This document shows, one piece after another, positions 1-11,466 of a DNA stretch of 64,000 nucleotides. The notes under the pieces were generated by a model, which saw only the letters and a program-made list of their open reading frames with translations, did no database searches and was not told the origin of the DNA. The stretch covers positions 186,001 through 250,000 of the forward strand of contig OZ176053.1 in the NCBI GenBank assembly GCA_964247055.1, read 5' to 3'. This stretch comes from Paragordius varius (lineage: Eukaryota; Animalia; Nematomorpha). Both the position numbers and the translations under genes were made by a program. Positions within the stretch are counted from its first letter, which is position 1. Every line of letters begins with the position of its first letter.

Positions 1-203
1 TGCGCCATGATTGTAAATAAATCACACACTATAAATGCACAGAGCATGTAATATACTCAGTAGAAATAGTTTTTGACATAAATAAATTGTAAAATATGAA
101 TGTGATTGACAAAATTATTTATGAGAAAAATAAATAAATTTTAATTAACAAAAAGGATGTATCACAGAAGTATTCAATGGCTAATTGTATTGGCTATCAC
201 GCT

Positions 204-3200
204 TTATAATTCTTCTTTTCCTTCATACTAAATTATGTGAAAAATGGAAAAGTTAATAATATAAAAAGAGTTAAAAATGTTAAAATTTACATATATATTT
301 ATATAAGCTGTGAATAGTCAAGCATCACGAGTGAGTTATATAAAATAAAATTTAAATTATTTATTATTGAAAAATTATATCTACCTAGGTCCAAAAATGT
401 TAGCTAACGGCGCCCAGGATATTGTTATAGGCATGTAATAATGTATTATTTGGCTATACCTGAATATATTTATTTCTGGAATATAACCGACACTATTTAT
501 ATCTATCATGAGTATTTTAAAGTATTAAATGTAAAGATCCATTTTTTAATTAGGAGTTATTACAAAGAGTGCGACCGGAAAAAATCTTGTAAGGTATAAT
601 TTTGACTATCGAATATACGTATGCCTTTCCATGTGCCGCTCTCGTTAGTTGAATACCACGTGCCAACTCAAGCAGCTTTGATGTTGTAAACGAATTTACC
701 TATCTTGGAGACAAAATAACATCAGACTCCTCAAACAATAGCGCAATTAAGGCCAGAATTAATCGTACCTGGGGGAAACTATCATCAGCTAATATGCATG
801 CTAAAAGAAAAAGCTTAATTTATAAAATAAGTATAAGACCAGTTTTGACATATGCCACAGAAAGCATGTCATTAACATAAACACAAGAGAAGCGTTTCAT
901 CAGTGCTGAAAATCACATACTAACCGCAATCACATACAAATGGAGTCTATAGAAAAATTTATCCTATTCAAAAGGGATGAGATACTACTGTCACCTTGAA
1001 TTTATCAATCCTGATAATTTGATCAGAACCTCATTCGACATCATCCCACATTGAAACAACTCGGTTGTCTCGTTCTTGGGCTAAAAAGATTGATCTGAAT
1101 TTGCAAAAACTCAAACTTCTAAAAACAGATTGCCTTGATCGTAAAAAGACAGATAGTTTACTGTGCCATCAATACTTATTGTTAAACAACAACACAACTT
1201 AAAAAATACTAGTATAAAACGATTTGAAGATGTTCAAACGTGGTAAAAAATGTTATGAATTAAAAATACTTTAGGGTGTAATCCTTTAAATTCTTGTTGT
1301 TCCATAGTCACACTGTGACAACCCGGCTGTTGAACCAAAAACTCTTTAACTTCCCATGCCTTGGAGCCATCGTTTAACATAAATATTGCACGATTATTTT
1401 CAATCATGTATCTGTAAAGACAAAATTATACAAAAATTAAATATACAATTATGTATGAAAATTTTTGATAAATGTACGTTTTTAATTGATTTTAGTGTTG
1501 TTTTTATCGTTTTACGAAAAATCTATTTAACATTGCATATTGTAATTTTTATCTTTTGTAATAACGATATCACAAATTAATATTTAATAAATTTATTAAC
1601 TCAAAGTTTAAACACAAATAACCAAAACAAAATTTAAAAGATACATATATTTATTGATGTTTGATATTATAATAAAATTAAATAAATTTATAAATTGTTT
1701 TCATTTTCTAGGGGTTTTCTTTGCAGACATTCTGACAAAAATGTGTGAAGAAAAATTATAATATTTTTTTTGATTTTTTGCCTTTTATCTTCGCAAAGTC
1801 TAGCAATTTTGTTATGCTGTGCTCTAGACTGGTACTACACCGGGTTTTTTCTCATAGTGATATTTTATCTCGTGGAAAAAAACACTAAATAGGGTTGAGT
1901 TGCGGTGAATAAGGAGATAAATCAACAATGTTGCTCCTTAGTTTACCTACTATCGCGGCATAGTGAATGGGAACATTGTCGCAAACTATGAATGAACCTT
2001 CAGGAAATCTATAATTAAACATTCCGCTATAAATTTCTAAAATCATCGCCTTTAAAGGAGCCTTCTTTTGCATTGTCATTAATTACTTCTTGATAACTAA
2101 TCATACATATTTATGATACATTTTTGCCTAAAAAATAAATTTAGAGTGTACATTTGTTAAATCCCTCTACAATAGAAGATTTGCCCTTCGGAGCTCTACC
2201 CCATATATTTGTTACTTAAACAAACTCGTAAAAAAACATTCTTTCATATGAAACATCTTTGATGGCACAAATAAATCGCTTTTCTATAGTCTTGGGTGTA
2301 TTGCATTTCAGAGGTTGTAAAATAACCTTATTTAACTCCTTATTCGCCGAAACTCAATCCTATTGAGTGTTTTTTCCACGAGACTATGAGAAATAGCCAC
2401 GGTGTTTTACCACTCTAGAGCAGCATAACAAAATTGCGAGACTTTGCGAAGATAGAAGGCAAAAAAATCCAAAAAATTATTATAATTTTTCTTCACACAT
2501 TTTGTGCGAATGTCTGCAAAGAAAACCCCTAGAAAATGAAAACAATTATAAATTTATTTAATTTATAATGTTTTATCAAACATCGATAAATATATTTATA
2601 ATTTTGTTTTGGTTATTTGTGTTTAAACTTTGAGTTTATAAATTATTAATTTGTGATTTTACAAAATATGATATACTTTATGCGCATGTTGAATAGATGT
2701 TTTCGTAAAACAATAAAAAAACACTAAAATCAATTAACACTTGGATACACATTCATTTTAGTCCTTTGATTCAAATTGGGGTAGTTAAATACCCCAGGCC
2801 TGTTTAAAATTAAAAAATATGGAAGGAATTGAAACCATGGCAAAATCTTGCACTTATATAATATTAATATAAAAAAACTTATTTAATATTTTAAGCTAAA
2901 ACCGAAAGGTAAAAATTTAGTCAACGTGACAAGCATGCAATGGTAAATTTGAAAAATAATACAAAATAAATAGTTTTTTTATTTCTATCAATGTTGGATG
3001 TAATTAAAATAAAAAATTAGCTTTAATATTACCCTTAAAATTAGAAAACGATATCTTGCAAAAATTTTGTCAAATAAAAATGGTGTTGAAGTAGTTTACA
3101 TACTTTTTTTAAAACAAAATTTTATTTAGATATTTAGGCATATTATATAATTTTTATAGGATAGAAGCAAAACTTTAAATTGGGAGCGTTTCCTTTAGCC

Positions 3201-3693
3201 TAACTCAAATTGAGTCTGGGGTAGATACCCTAATTTGAATCGAAATCTTAAATAGGTACTTTTATAAAAAATTTTTTATAAAAGACTGTAATATTAAAAA
3301 TAACCTTTGAATTTCAATATGAGCATTAGTTAAACTTGAATGCCATAGTGCGGTAAGTGTTTCAGCTTTGGATATTGGTATTTCTTCTAAATTAATATAA
3401 ATTAGAAAAAGCTAACCTGAGACTTGCACAAATATCATTAGGGGTTTTCCTTTTTTCATATCAAACACAGCTTTAGGGTTTGAAAAATCCATTTTTGATA
3501 AATCAATATTGGGATTCTTGGGCTTTGAAAAGCTCAAATCCTCATCATCTGTTTCTTCACCTTCATTCCATTGATTATAGAGTTTTTCCACATCATTATC
3601 ATTATAACTTAATATATCTTTACATAGGTTAATTTTAACCCTTACAGAAAAAATGCCAAGCCAAAAAAACAAATTTAAATAAATTTTACACAT
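204..3693 (-). CDS. MESD: LDLR/LRP chaperone MESD (boca), 4 coding exons, ~174 aa
   Basis: Exons 3693-3417, 3386-3305, 1411-1270, 227-204. All junctions are GT-AG and phases match. N-terminal signal peptide, KDILSYNDNDVEKLYNQW, KKGKPLMIFVQVSG, LWHSSL, RAIFMLNDGSKAWEVKEFL and a C-terminal ER-retention KEEL* match the MESD family as I recall it. Confidence 0.92.
665..960 (+). mobile_element. Decayed non-LTR retrotransposon (RTE-like) fragment in MESD intron 3
   Basis: The frame from 680 reads DVVNEFTYLGDKIT..IKARI..KSLIYKISIRPVLTYATESMSLT*TQEKRF. This is the typical post-RT region of RTE-clade LINEs and contains an in-frame stop. Confidence 0.7.
1482..2737 (-). mobile_element. Decayed IS630/Tc1-like DDE transposon remnant with ~440-bp inverted arms
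   Basis: Arms ~1482-1922 and ~2330-2737 are reverse complements. The minus strand shows IWGRAPKG, IVCDNVPIH and LSPYSPQLNPI; the right arm shows PYSPKLNPIE on the + strand. Confidence 0.75.
2738..3247 (-). mobile_element. piggyBac-like non-autonomous element (MITE), copy 1
   Basis: TTAA at 2734-2737 and 3248-3251. Carries the same termini and subterminal TTCGATTCAAATTGGGGTA-type repeats as the copies at 8146 and 22188. Confidence 0.7.
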
Positions 3694-5239
3694 GTTAATG
3701 CATTTATGGGAAACAAGAGATATGACTAAAATTTCCGAATATTGAGAAGGTTCTTATTAATTGAGAGGAGTAAACTAAAATTTATGTATTTTTGTTTAAT
3801 AAGATAGCCTGTATTCAGATTTTATGAAATATTTTTAGTGCTGCATTATATAAAAAGAATTTTAACACATCATTAAATTCCACGGTAGGTCTCTAAGGCC
3901 ATTAACAACAAATATAATTTATAATTATTTATTATATAGGGCAAATTTAAAAATAAGCGGCTATTTCGCCTCAATATACAAAAAATCTATAAAATTTAAA
4001 AATGTAAAAAAACTCTCCCCTCAAGCAGCCAATATTTTTTTTAATATTTTTGTAAATGTCTAAAAAACTGAAATATAAAAATGTATGGTTATAAATATAT
4101 TGGTTTTTAAATCAATGTTGTTATTTAGGTCGGTTAAAGTGATTTGTCGATTTTAGATTTTAAAATTGTGAAAAACACATAATATATCCATCTAATGTTA
4201 ATATGAAAAATCATTTTACACAGTAAAATGACTAGTTTAATAATGCGCATAAAAAAAGATTAAACCAAGTTTGGTTAATTATATTAACATCAGATAATTT
4301 GATAGGACCAGCTTGTCTTGTCAAAAGATCAAAATTTGCAATTCTAAATTTTTTACAAGCAAGATTATAAGTTTTATCCAGCGGTACACACCAATATATT
4401 TTCTTAGATCACCATTTTTTCATAACTCAGGCAACACCACATACCAACGCCATATACACAGTCTCCCCGAAATGAATATCTTGAAGTAATATAATAGATT
4501 CTGATAGGAAAAGTATCAAAATTTTGCTTTTGGTTTTGGGCCTAACGAGTAAATAGTTATATACACTTTTAGGGTAAAGTGGTCTTTATCAGAAAATAGC
4601 AAAATTAAAATAGTTATCTTAAATAATAGAAAAAATGTCAAGATTGGGCGAAAAAACTTAAATATATGCTAAATTTTAAAATCAACCAAGGATATTTTAA
4701 CTCTTCATGACCTTTTGTGGGTTTTATATCTCATACCGATCTAAAATTTAAATAACCTAAAAAATATTTAAGGTAACAAATTTACAGCTTTCTTGAGCCT
4801 TATACCCAGATTACATAGCGTAAAAAAATCTGATTATATAAAATATATTCTGATAGGAAAATATATCAGGATTATCACGGTGTTTTAGGTTTTTGCCCTT
4901 ACGAGGGATTTGAGAAAGATATATACACTTTTGTGCTAAGTGCTCCCTATCAGAAAATGGCAAATAGCGCTTTTTCTAAAATAAAATATACTTGGTGAAA
5001 ACTAGAGGCCTCATTCCAAAAATATCACTAAAATATATCATAAACTGCATATATAGCAGAACAAAATTTTTAAAAAAATTTAATTCTTTGAGTGGGCCCC
5101 GCAAGTCCAAATTATTTGCTCTTCTAAAATGGGCTAGTCCTAAATTAAACGCAAAAATGTCGGGATTGGGCGATGAAAATTATAATTATATGCTAATTTT
5201 AATATTAATCAAAATTTTTAAAATGCATCTATATATTTA

Positions 5240-5790
5240 TAAAAATGGAAAGTGGTAGCTTAGTGATCTGTTTCCGGAAAACCGGTAGACCCATTCATAT
5301 CCAAACATCAAAAAAATATGATCATTAATGAAGGCCCCGACAATAGCTTCGCCTTTTTGAATTTGGCCCCCAGTTCGGGCCCACCCCGTGTAAAAAGCGT
5401 TTTTTTTGAAAACAAAAGTCCATAAAAATCGTCTTTAGACAATTTTCCGGAGAACGAGTTGGACCAATCGATTTCAAATATAATTGTTGTTTACTTATTA
5501 TCGATTGCGTTGAACATAGTCGTCTGGTTTTTTTAATTTAGGCCCTCTTTTTACCCGCTCCTCCCGTAAAGTGCCATTTTTTCAAAAAACAAAATCAAAT
5601 TTTGAATCTATTTTCCTTCAAGTAAACAATATATTAGTATGAATGCACCGTTTTAAAATTCCTATGAGATCATAGCTATTAAATAATTTTTCGAAATAAT
5701 CCACATATGTTGATCATTTTGTCCCTTTTTTTCAATAGCCCCCCCCAGAAGTCCGAAGGCTCGGGCTGCGTATCAGCACGAGATTTACAG
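5240..5790. repeat. GC-elevated probable non-autonomous element with internal direct repeats
   Basis: GGCCC..CCCGT..TTTTTTGAAAACAAAA recurs at ~5366 and ~5541. It ends in two short GC hairpins near 5750-5790. Family not identified. Confidence 0.35.
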
Positions 5791-6825
5791 TAATTTTTAT
5801 AAAAAAATTAATTTTTGGCAAAAATATTTTGAAGCGTACTTTATACTACTCTCAGGCATAAAACGGTATAAAAACGCTTTAAAATATTGTAAAACACTTT
5901 TTAACATAATTAGATGATGCTTAACATTTCTATCACCTCAAAATTTTGATTAAAATATTCGGTTTTCAAATTTATGTCAAATATAAACTGTGTTTTTATA
6001 TAAAATATTTACAAAGTAAACGAACATTTAAATTAAAATTATGAAGCGATAAAAATGTTCAGCATTATCAAACTATATAGAAAAAGTGTTTTTACAATTT
6101 CTAAAAGCGTTTTTATACCGTTTCCATGTTGCCTCAAAATAAGATAAAATGCGCTACAACAATCCTATAAATTTAATTTTGAAAAAAGTGTGCATCATTT
6201 TTAAAAAGATTTTTTTATTTAATGTCAAAATTTAGCATTAATTTTTAAATTTTATCCTGCAATCGGCATTTTTGCAAGAAAAGAACTAGCTCATAGAAGA
6301 GCTAAAATATTTCGGACGTTCGGAGACCCTATCTAAAAATTCAAAAACTATTGTTTTGCATTTTATATGTAGTTTATTATACAATCGTGATAGTTTTTGG
6401 AATTAAGCAATATTCACCACTTCTATTAAACAAAATGTGCGCAAAATTTACCATTTTCTGATATGGAGGACTTAGGACAAAAATGTAAATAACTTTTTCA
6501 AATCATTGGTAAGGGTCACCAAAGGCATCATATATTAAAAACCATTGCCATAAAAAACGCTATAGTTAATAAAATGTAAAAGTGCCGTTACCCAATTAAT
6601 TTATCAAGAGCATATTAATCGATATGGGAATGGATACAATTGATATATTTTAAAGAACCTAAAAAAGGTAATTCATAAAAAAACATAAAAATTTATTGCA
6701 TTGTAATGCATCCACGTATTGTAGTAAGATCTACAAACTCAAAAAATGATTATAATTTAATAAGAAAGGCTTTAAACAATATTAATTGTCATATTTCAAA
6801 TTTTTATTTTCAAATTTGGCAGTTT

Positions 6826-9399
6826 TCAAGACGATGAAGTCGTAGTAGAGGATAAATTGTGTTTAAGTTCAATTTTGCGTCGAAATGCAAAAAATTCTTG
6901 TTGCAAAAAATCTGTAATTTGTTTCCTCATTTCAACCTAAAAAACATGTTAAAAAATGTATTTCTCTATATATATATATTTAAATTAAAGCTTTTTCCCA
7001 TACCTGACTAAGTTTGTGAGATTTGAGTTGTTTGAGCAGATCAGATATATTTATCGGGTCTCCAATGAATATAGTGACTTTCTATAAGTTAGTTAATATA
7101 TTATTACATTTTTTTAACCTAATTAAATCATTGTTCCAATAAAAGTATAACATAAAATAAATTTCTGCTTATTTTAATAATTTTGCGGGTTATATCTAGA
7201 ACTAAAAATAATAAACGACCATTTAACTATAATACGACTGGAATAATTTTTGTTTATAAAAATATCTAAAACCGGAAAAACAATTATAATTATAATCCTT
7301 AAAATTTTTTGAATGAATAATGGAATATAGAAAATACTTTGCCGATACGGGGAATGTAGGGTTTATGATTTGGAAGCACTTTATCCATACCTATAATGTA
7401 TTAAACTTAAAATACATTGTATCTGTTTTTTATATCAAATTAAATATAAATATTGTATTGTTTATCAATATATCTTATAATTTTTTCATATATGACAAAA
7501 CTATTGCTTACCAATATGAAAAAATGGTAAAATAATTGGAACATTCTTGCATTCTGCTATGATTCGTCCAATACCTGTAAAATTTGATATTAATCATTTT
7601 TACCCCATTTAAATCGTAAATATTCCTTGTTTATGTTGACTTTTCCCTCAGGGAATATATGGACCCAAGCTTTATTGCTATTCAATTGATCAATGCAAAA
7701 ATCCATGCCTTTCTGATAAACTCCATCACCTCTTACTATGGGTATAACCTATAACGCATCAATAAGCGCATAATTTTATTAAACAAGGTTTTTTACAATC
7801 ATTTAACTAAATTTTTGTTCGGTGCATTTTTTTGAAAAAACCTAAAAAACAATGAGAAATTTTGTATTAACCAAACTTTATATTTGGTATAAACTCTCAA
7901 AATTTTGTAATATAACGGTAAGGTTAAAAAAATAACCTTAAATAATAAAATAAAAAGATATTATTCTAAAATTTTAACATTGTTAACCAATAATTTCTTA
8001 TGTATATCGCTTTAACTTGATTTTATATTAAGATTCTGTTCTGTTCTTTTCGTTAACCTAACCGTTATATTACAAAATTAAAAGAGTTTATACACATCTA
8101 TAACTGTTTTTTTTCAAATTTTATATATGTTCAAAACTATTTTAACACTTCAATTCAAATTGGGGTATCTAAATACCCCAGACTAACTTTGAGTTGGGAT
8201 TTTCAATAAACTATTGAAGGAAAGGTCCCAATTTAAATTTATGCTTCTATATCCTAATAAATTATATAAATATGCCAAAATATGTAAATAAAATTTTGTT
8301 TTGAAAAAAAAGTTCCATGTCAAACTACTTCGACGCCATTTTTATTTCACAAAATTTTTGCAAAATATTGTCTTCATTTATTTTTAAAGATATAATTAAA
8401 GCTAATTATTTGTTTAAATTACATATAGCATTGAAAGAAATAGAAAAATTGGTGAATTTTGTAATATTTTTAAATTTTACCATTGCACACATGCTGACTA
8501 AATTTTTACCTTTTGGTTTTAGCTTAAAATAAATAATATCGAGTATTTTCAAATAAAATTTTTATATATTTCGGTAAGTGCAAAATTTTGCCATGGTTTC
8601 GATTCCTTCCATATTTTTTTAAAGAATTTAATTTTAAACAGGTCTGGGGTATTTAACTACCCCGATTTGAATCGAAGGACTAAAATAATGTGTTGTATCC
8701 AAGTGTTAAAACGTTATATTTGATATTGTATATTGAAGATTATCAAAACTATATATTGTTAAACAGCAACCCTATATTAATATATTTATCTAATTTATGG
8801 ATTTACTAATATTTAAATCTAATATCCATAAAATACCACAATCAATAAATATTAGAAAAAAAAATGTTTTTTATTATATTTCAAACAATATGTAAACCAG
8901 AATATTGGCCAGTAAGGGAAAAAAAAGGTATATTAAAAATATTACTTTACCAAGACTAAAAAGGATACGGTGTCGATATGTTGTAAAGAGTATATCATAA
9001 GCTCCTAAAGCCCAGCGCATTTTATCTCGCGTAATTTCAGTCCACGGTAATATACCTAAAAAATATTTACATAATATATTTTAAATGTTGAAAAAGATAA
9101 AAAATAACTATTTTTCAAAAATAAGTATTTTACCCCATAATCCTGGATCATCCATACATGAATAATGATTACTGAAGGTAATGACAGGTTTTGTGAACCG
9201 TTGTTGTAATACATTTAATAAAATGGATTTGTTGTGAATGGTTACATCATTAAATATATCTAAATTTTATTTTATCAAACAAAATTATGGTACATAAAAG
9301 AGTTTTGCTAAAGATAGCACCAAGTTTGATCGTTAAAGAACTTGCTAAAGACCATAAAATATTTTTTTTGTTCGGGTAAGGCCAAACATAATTTGACAT
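6826..9399 (-). CDS. TAFAZZIN: Tafazzin (cardiolipin transacylase), 8 coding exons, ~263 aa
   Basis: Exons 9399-9294, 9259-9134, 9055-8946, 7748-7604, 7574-7512, 7390-7338, 7081-7004, 6936-6826. Motifs [68 protein letters not shown]. Phases are consistent throughout. Confidence 0.95.
7880..8105. repeat. Small foldback/MITE in tafazzin intron 3
   Basis: TATAAACTCT..TTTTGTAATATAACGGT.AGGTTAA (~7887-7928) is inverted at ~8055-8095. Confidence 0.55.
8146..8705 (+). mobile_element. piggyBac-like MITE, copy 2 (tafazzin intron 3)
   Basis: TTAA|CACTTCAATTC at the left end and GTATCCAAGTG|TTAA at the right end, with GGGGTA..TACCCC hairpins at both ends. Confidence 0.8.
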
Positions 9400-9434
9400 C
9401 TGAACACATATGTTAAAAACGGCTGTTATAAAAG

Positions 9435-11200
9435 TAACATTTGGATACAACACGTTCATTTCAGTCCTTCGATTCGAATTGGGCTAGGTACCCAGGGCCT
9501 TTTAAAAATTAAATTAAAAAATATTAAAGTAATTGGAACCATGGCAAAAGTTTGCACTTAACATTGGAGTAGCGAAATATAAAAAATTCATTTAAAAATA
9601 CTTAATTTAAGAAAACCCAAAGTTAATAGTTTAGTTAGCATGACATATGTGCATTATATAATTTTGAATGTAAAATAAACCACTTTTCCTGTTTCCAATG
9701 TTAAATGTGATATAAATAATAATATTTGCATGATTACTTAGAAAAGTATAATTTCAATCCTGCCTGCTAATAATAAATACTTTGAAAAATATGGAAGAAA
9801 TTGAAACCATGAAGTTTGCACTTATATAACAATCAGAAATTAAAATATAAAAAACAATCATTTAGATGTATTTGTATTCCATGTTTTAAGGCCAAATCGA
9901 ATGGTAAAATTTAATCAACATGACATGTGTGTATTGATTAAATTCAAAAATACACAAAATTAACCACTTTGTTTGTTTTGTTGGATGAGTTTTTTATTAG
10001 CTTTAACACGATATATTTCATAAATGTTCTGCAATAAAAATGGCATGTAGTTTGCTATTGAAACTTTTTTCAAAACTAAATCAAAATTTATTTAACCGTT
10101 TCTTTATATTTTTCAAAAAATCAACATACTCGAATGTTAAATATCACTGTAATAATTATTGGAAACGAATCGTACTTGATGTCCAATTTAAAATGATTTT
10201 TCTAAATACCGGATTATATTGGGGTAATAACATACCTCCGGCTTGTTTAAATATAAATATTTCAAAAAATATGGAATAAATTAAAACGATGGGAAATACT
10301 GATATTACTTATTAAGGGGTAAAACCGAAAGGTAAAAATTTAGCCAAGATGACATGTGTGCATAACCAAATACAAAAATAATCCAAAATATACCACTTTT
10401 TATGTTTACATCAATGTTAAATTTGGTTATATATAAAAGTAAACTTAATTTTAGGCTTAGAATCAAATAAACACGATATTTTTCAAATTATTAAATCAAA
10501 ATGGCCTTCATAATAGTTTGATACTAATTTCCAAAACTGAATTTCAGATATTTTGGCTTATTTATATAATTATTAGGATAGACGCATAAATTCAAATTCT
10601 AACAGTTTCCTTGAGAGGTTTAATGAAATATCAATTTAAATATAGTCTGGGGTATTAAGATACCCCATTTTGTCTCGAAGTGGTATTGAAAGATAAATTT
10701 ATTGGTCAACAAAGCATAGAATTGTTTAATTTGCATGCGTTTTATATAAATAAAGTTTCATTACATCGCGCAGTGTAACTTTTAAATATTAACCTTACCA
10801 ACATATGAAAAAAAAATTATCACTTAATATATATTTATCTAAAACCCCCACACAGTTGCTATATATATGAATATCTGAAATAAACGGTAAATTAAATAAA
10901 TGAACCAAAATATGAAATTGAGTTGGAATTTATATATCCAATTATTTCAACGCCATTTTTATTTTACATTTTTGCAAAATATCTAACCTACATTAAAGGT
11001 ATATATCCAATTACTCGCATCTATAAACAGAAAAATGTTTTGCGTTAATTAAATTTAGCTAAAAGACACATGCCATGTTGACTAAATTTTTACTTTGGAG
11101 TTTACCTCTAAAAAAAGTATTATCAAGTTTTTTGTTAATTTTATATATTTCGGTGACTCAATGGTATATAAGTGCAAATTTTGCAATGGATATCATCCAA
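9435..11200. mobile_element. Cluster of nested/fragmented copies of the piggyBac-like MITE
   Basis: Internal motifs (GAAACCATGG..TTGCACTT; AAAACCGAAAGGTAAAAATTTAG..ATGACA) recur at ~9535, 9800, 10290 and, inverted, at ~11060-11180. Terminal motifs lie at ~9440 and ~10680. Confidence 0.6.
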
Positions 11201-11466
11201 TCACAATCGTAAAATACATAATTCATTGTGTTCAATATACATCTCTAATATGTACTTTGCAATTTAATACAATGCGTTATATTTAAAAAAATCAATATTT
11301 AAAAAGTAATGTTGTGTTTTGGATAGAATATTTGTCTTTATATTTCATTTTGTCCGCATAATTCCAATTTTTACTGTCGAAGAACTGAAATTTCTTGTTT
11401 CAATAAATCAGTCCTGTGTACATTTTTTTTCTGTTCATTAAACCATCAGAATTTTAAATCTTATTC

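Noticed and set aside
1386-1580. 64-aa + ORF
   Set aside because: Antisense to MESD exon 3 and running into a repeat arm; no protein features.
1885-2079. ORF as an intact transposase gene
   Set aside because: Only a DDE fragment, bounded by stops and frameshifts; treated as a remnant.
4992-5258. 88-aa + ORF
   Set aside because: Starts at TTG in repeat-rich DNA, with no recognisable motif or splice context.
7320-7535. 71-aa + ORF
   Set aside because: Antisense shadow of tafazzin exons 5-6.
8317-8532. ORFs at 8317, 10040, 11095 and 57507
   Set aside because: All lie within copies of the piggyBac-like MITE; chance frames.
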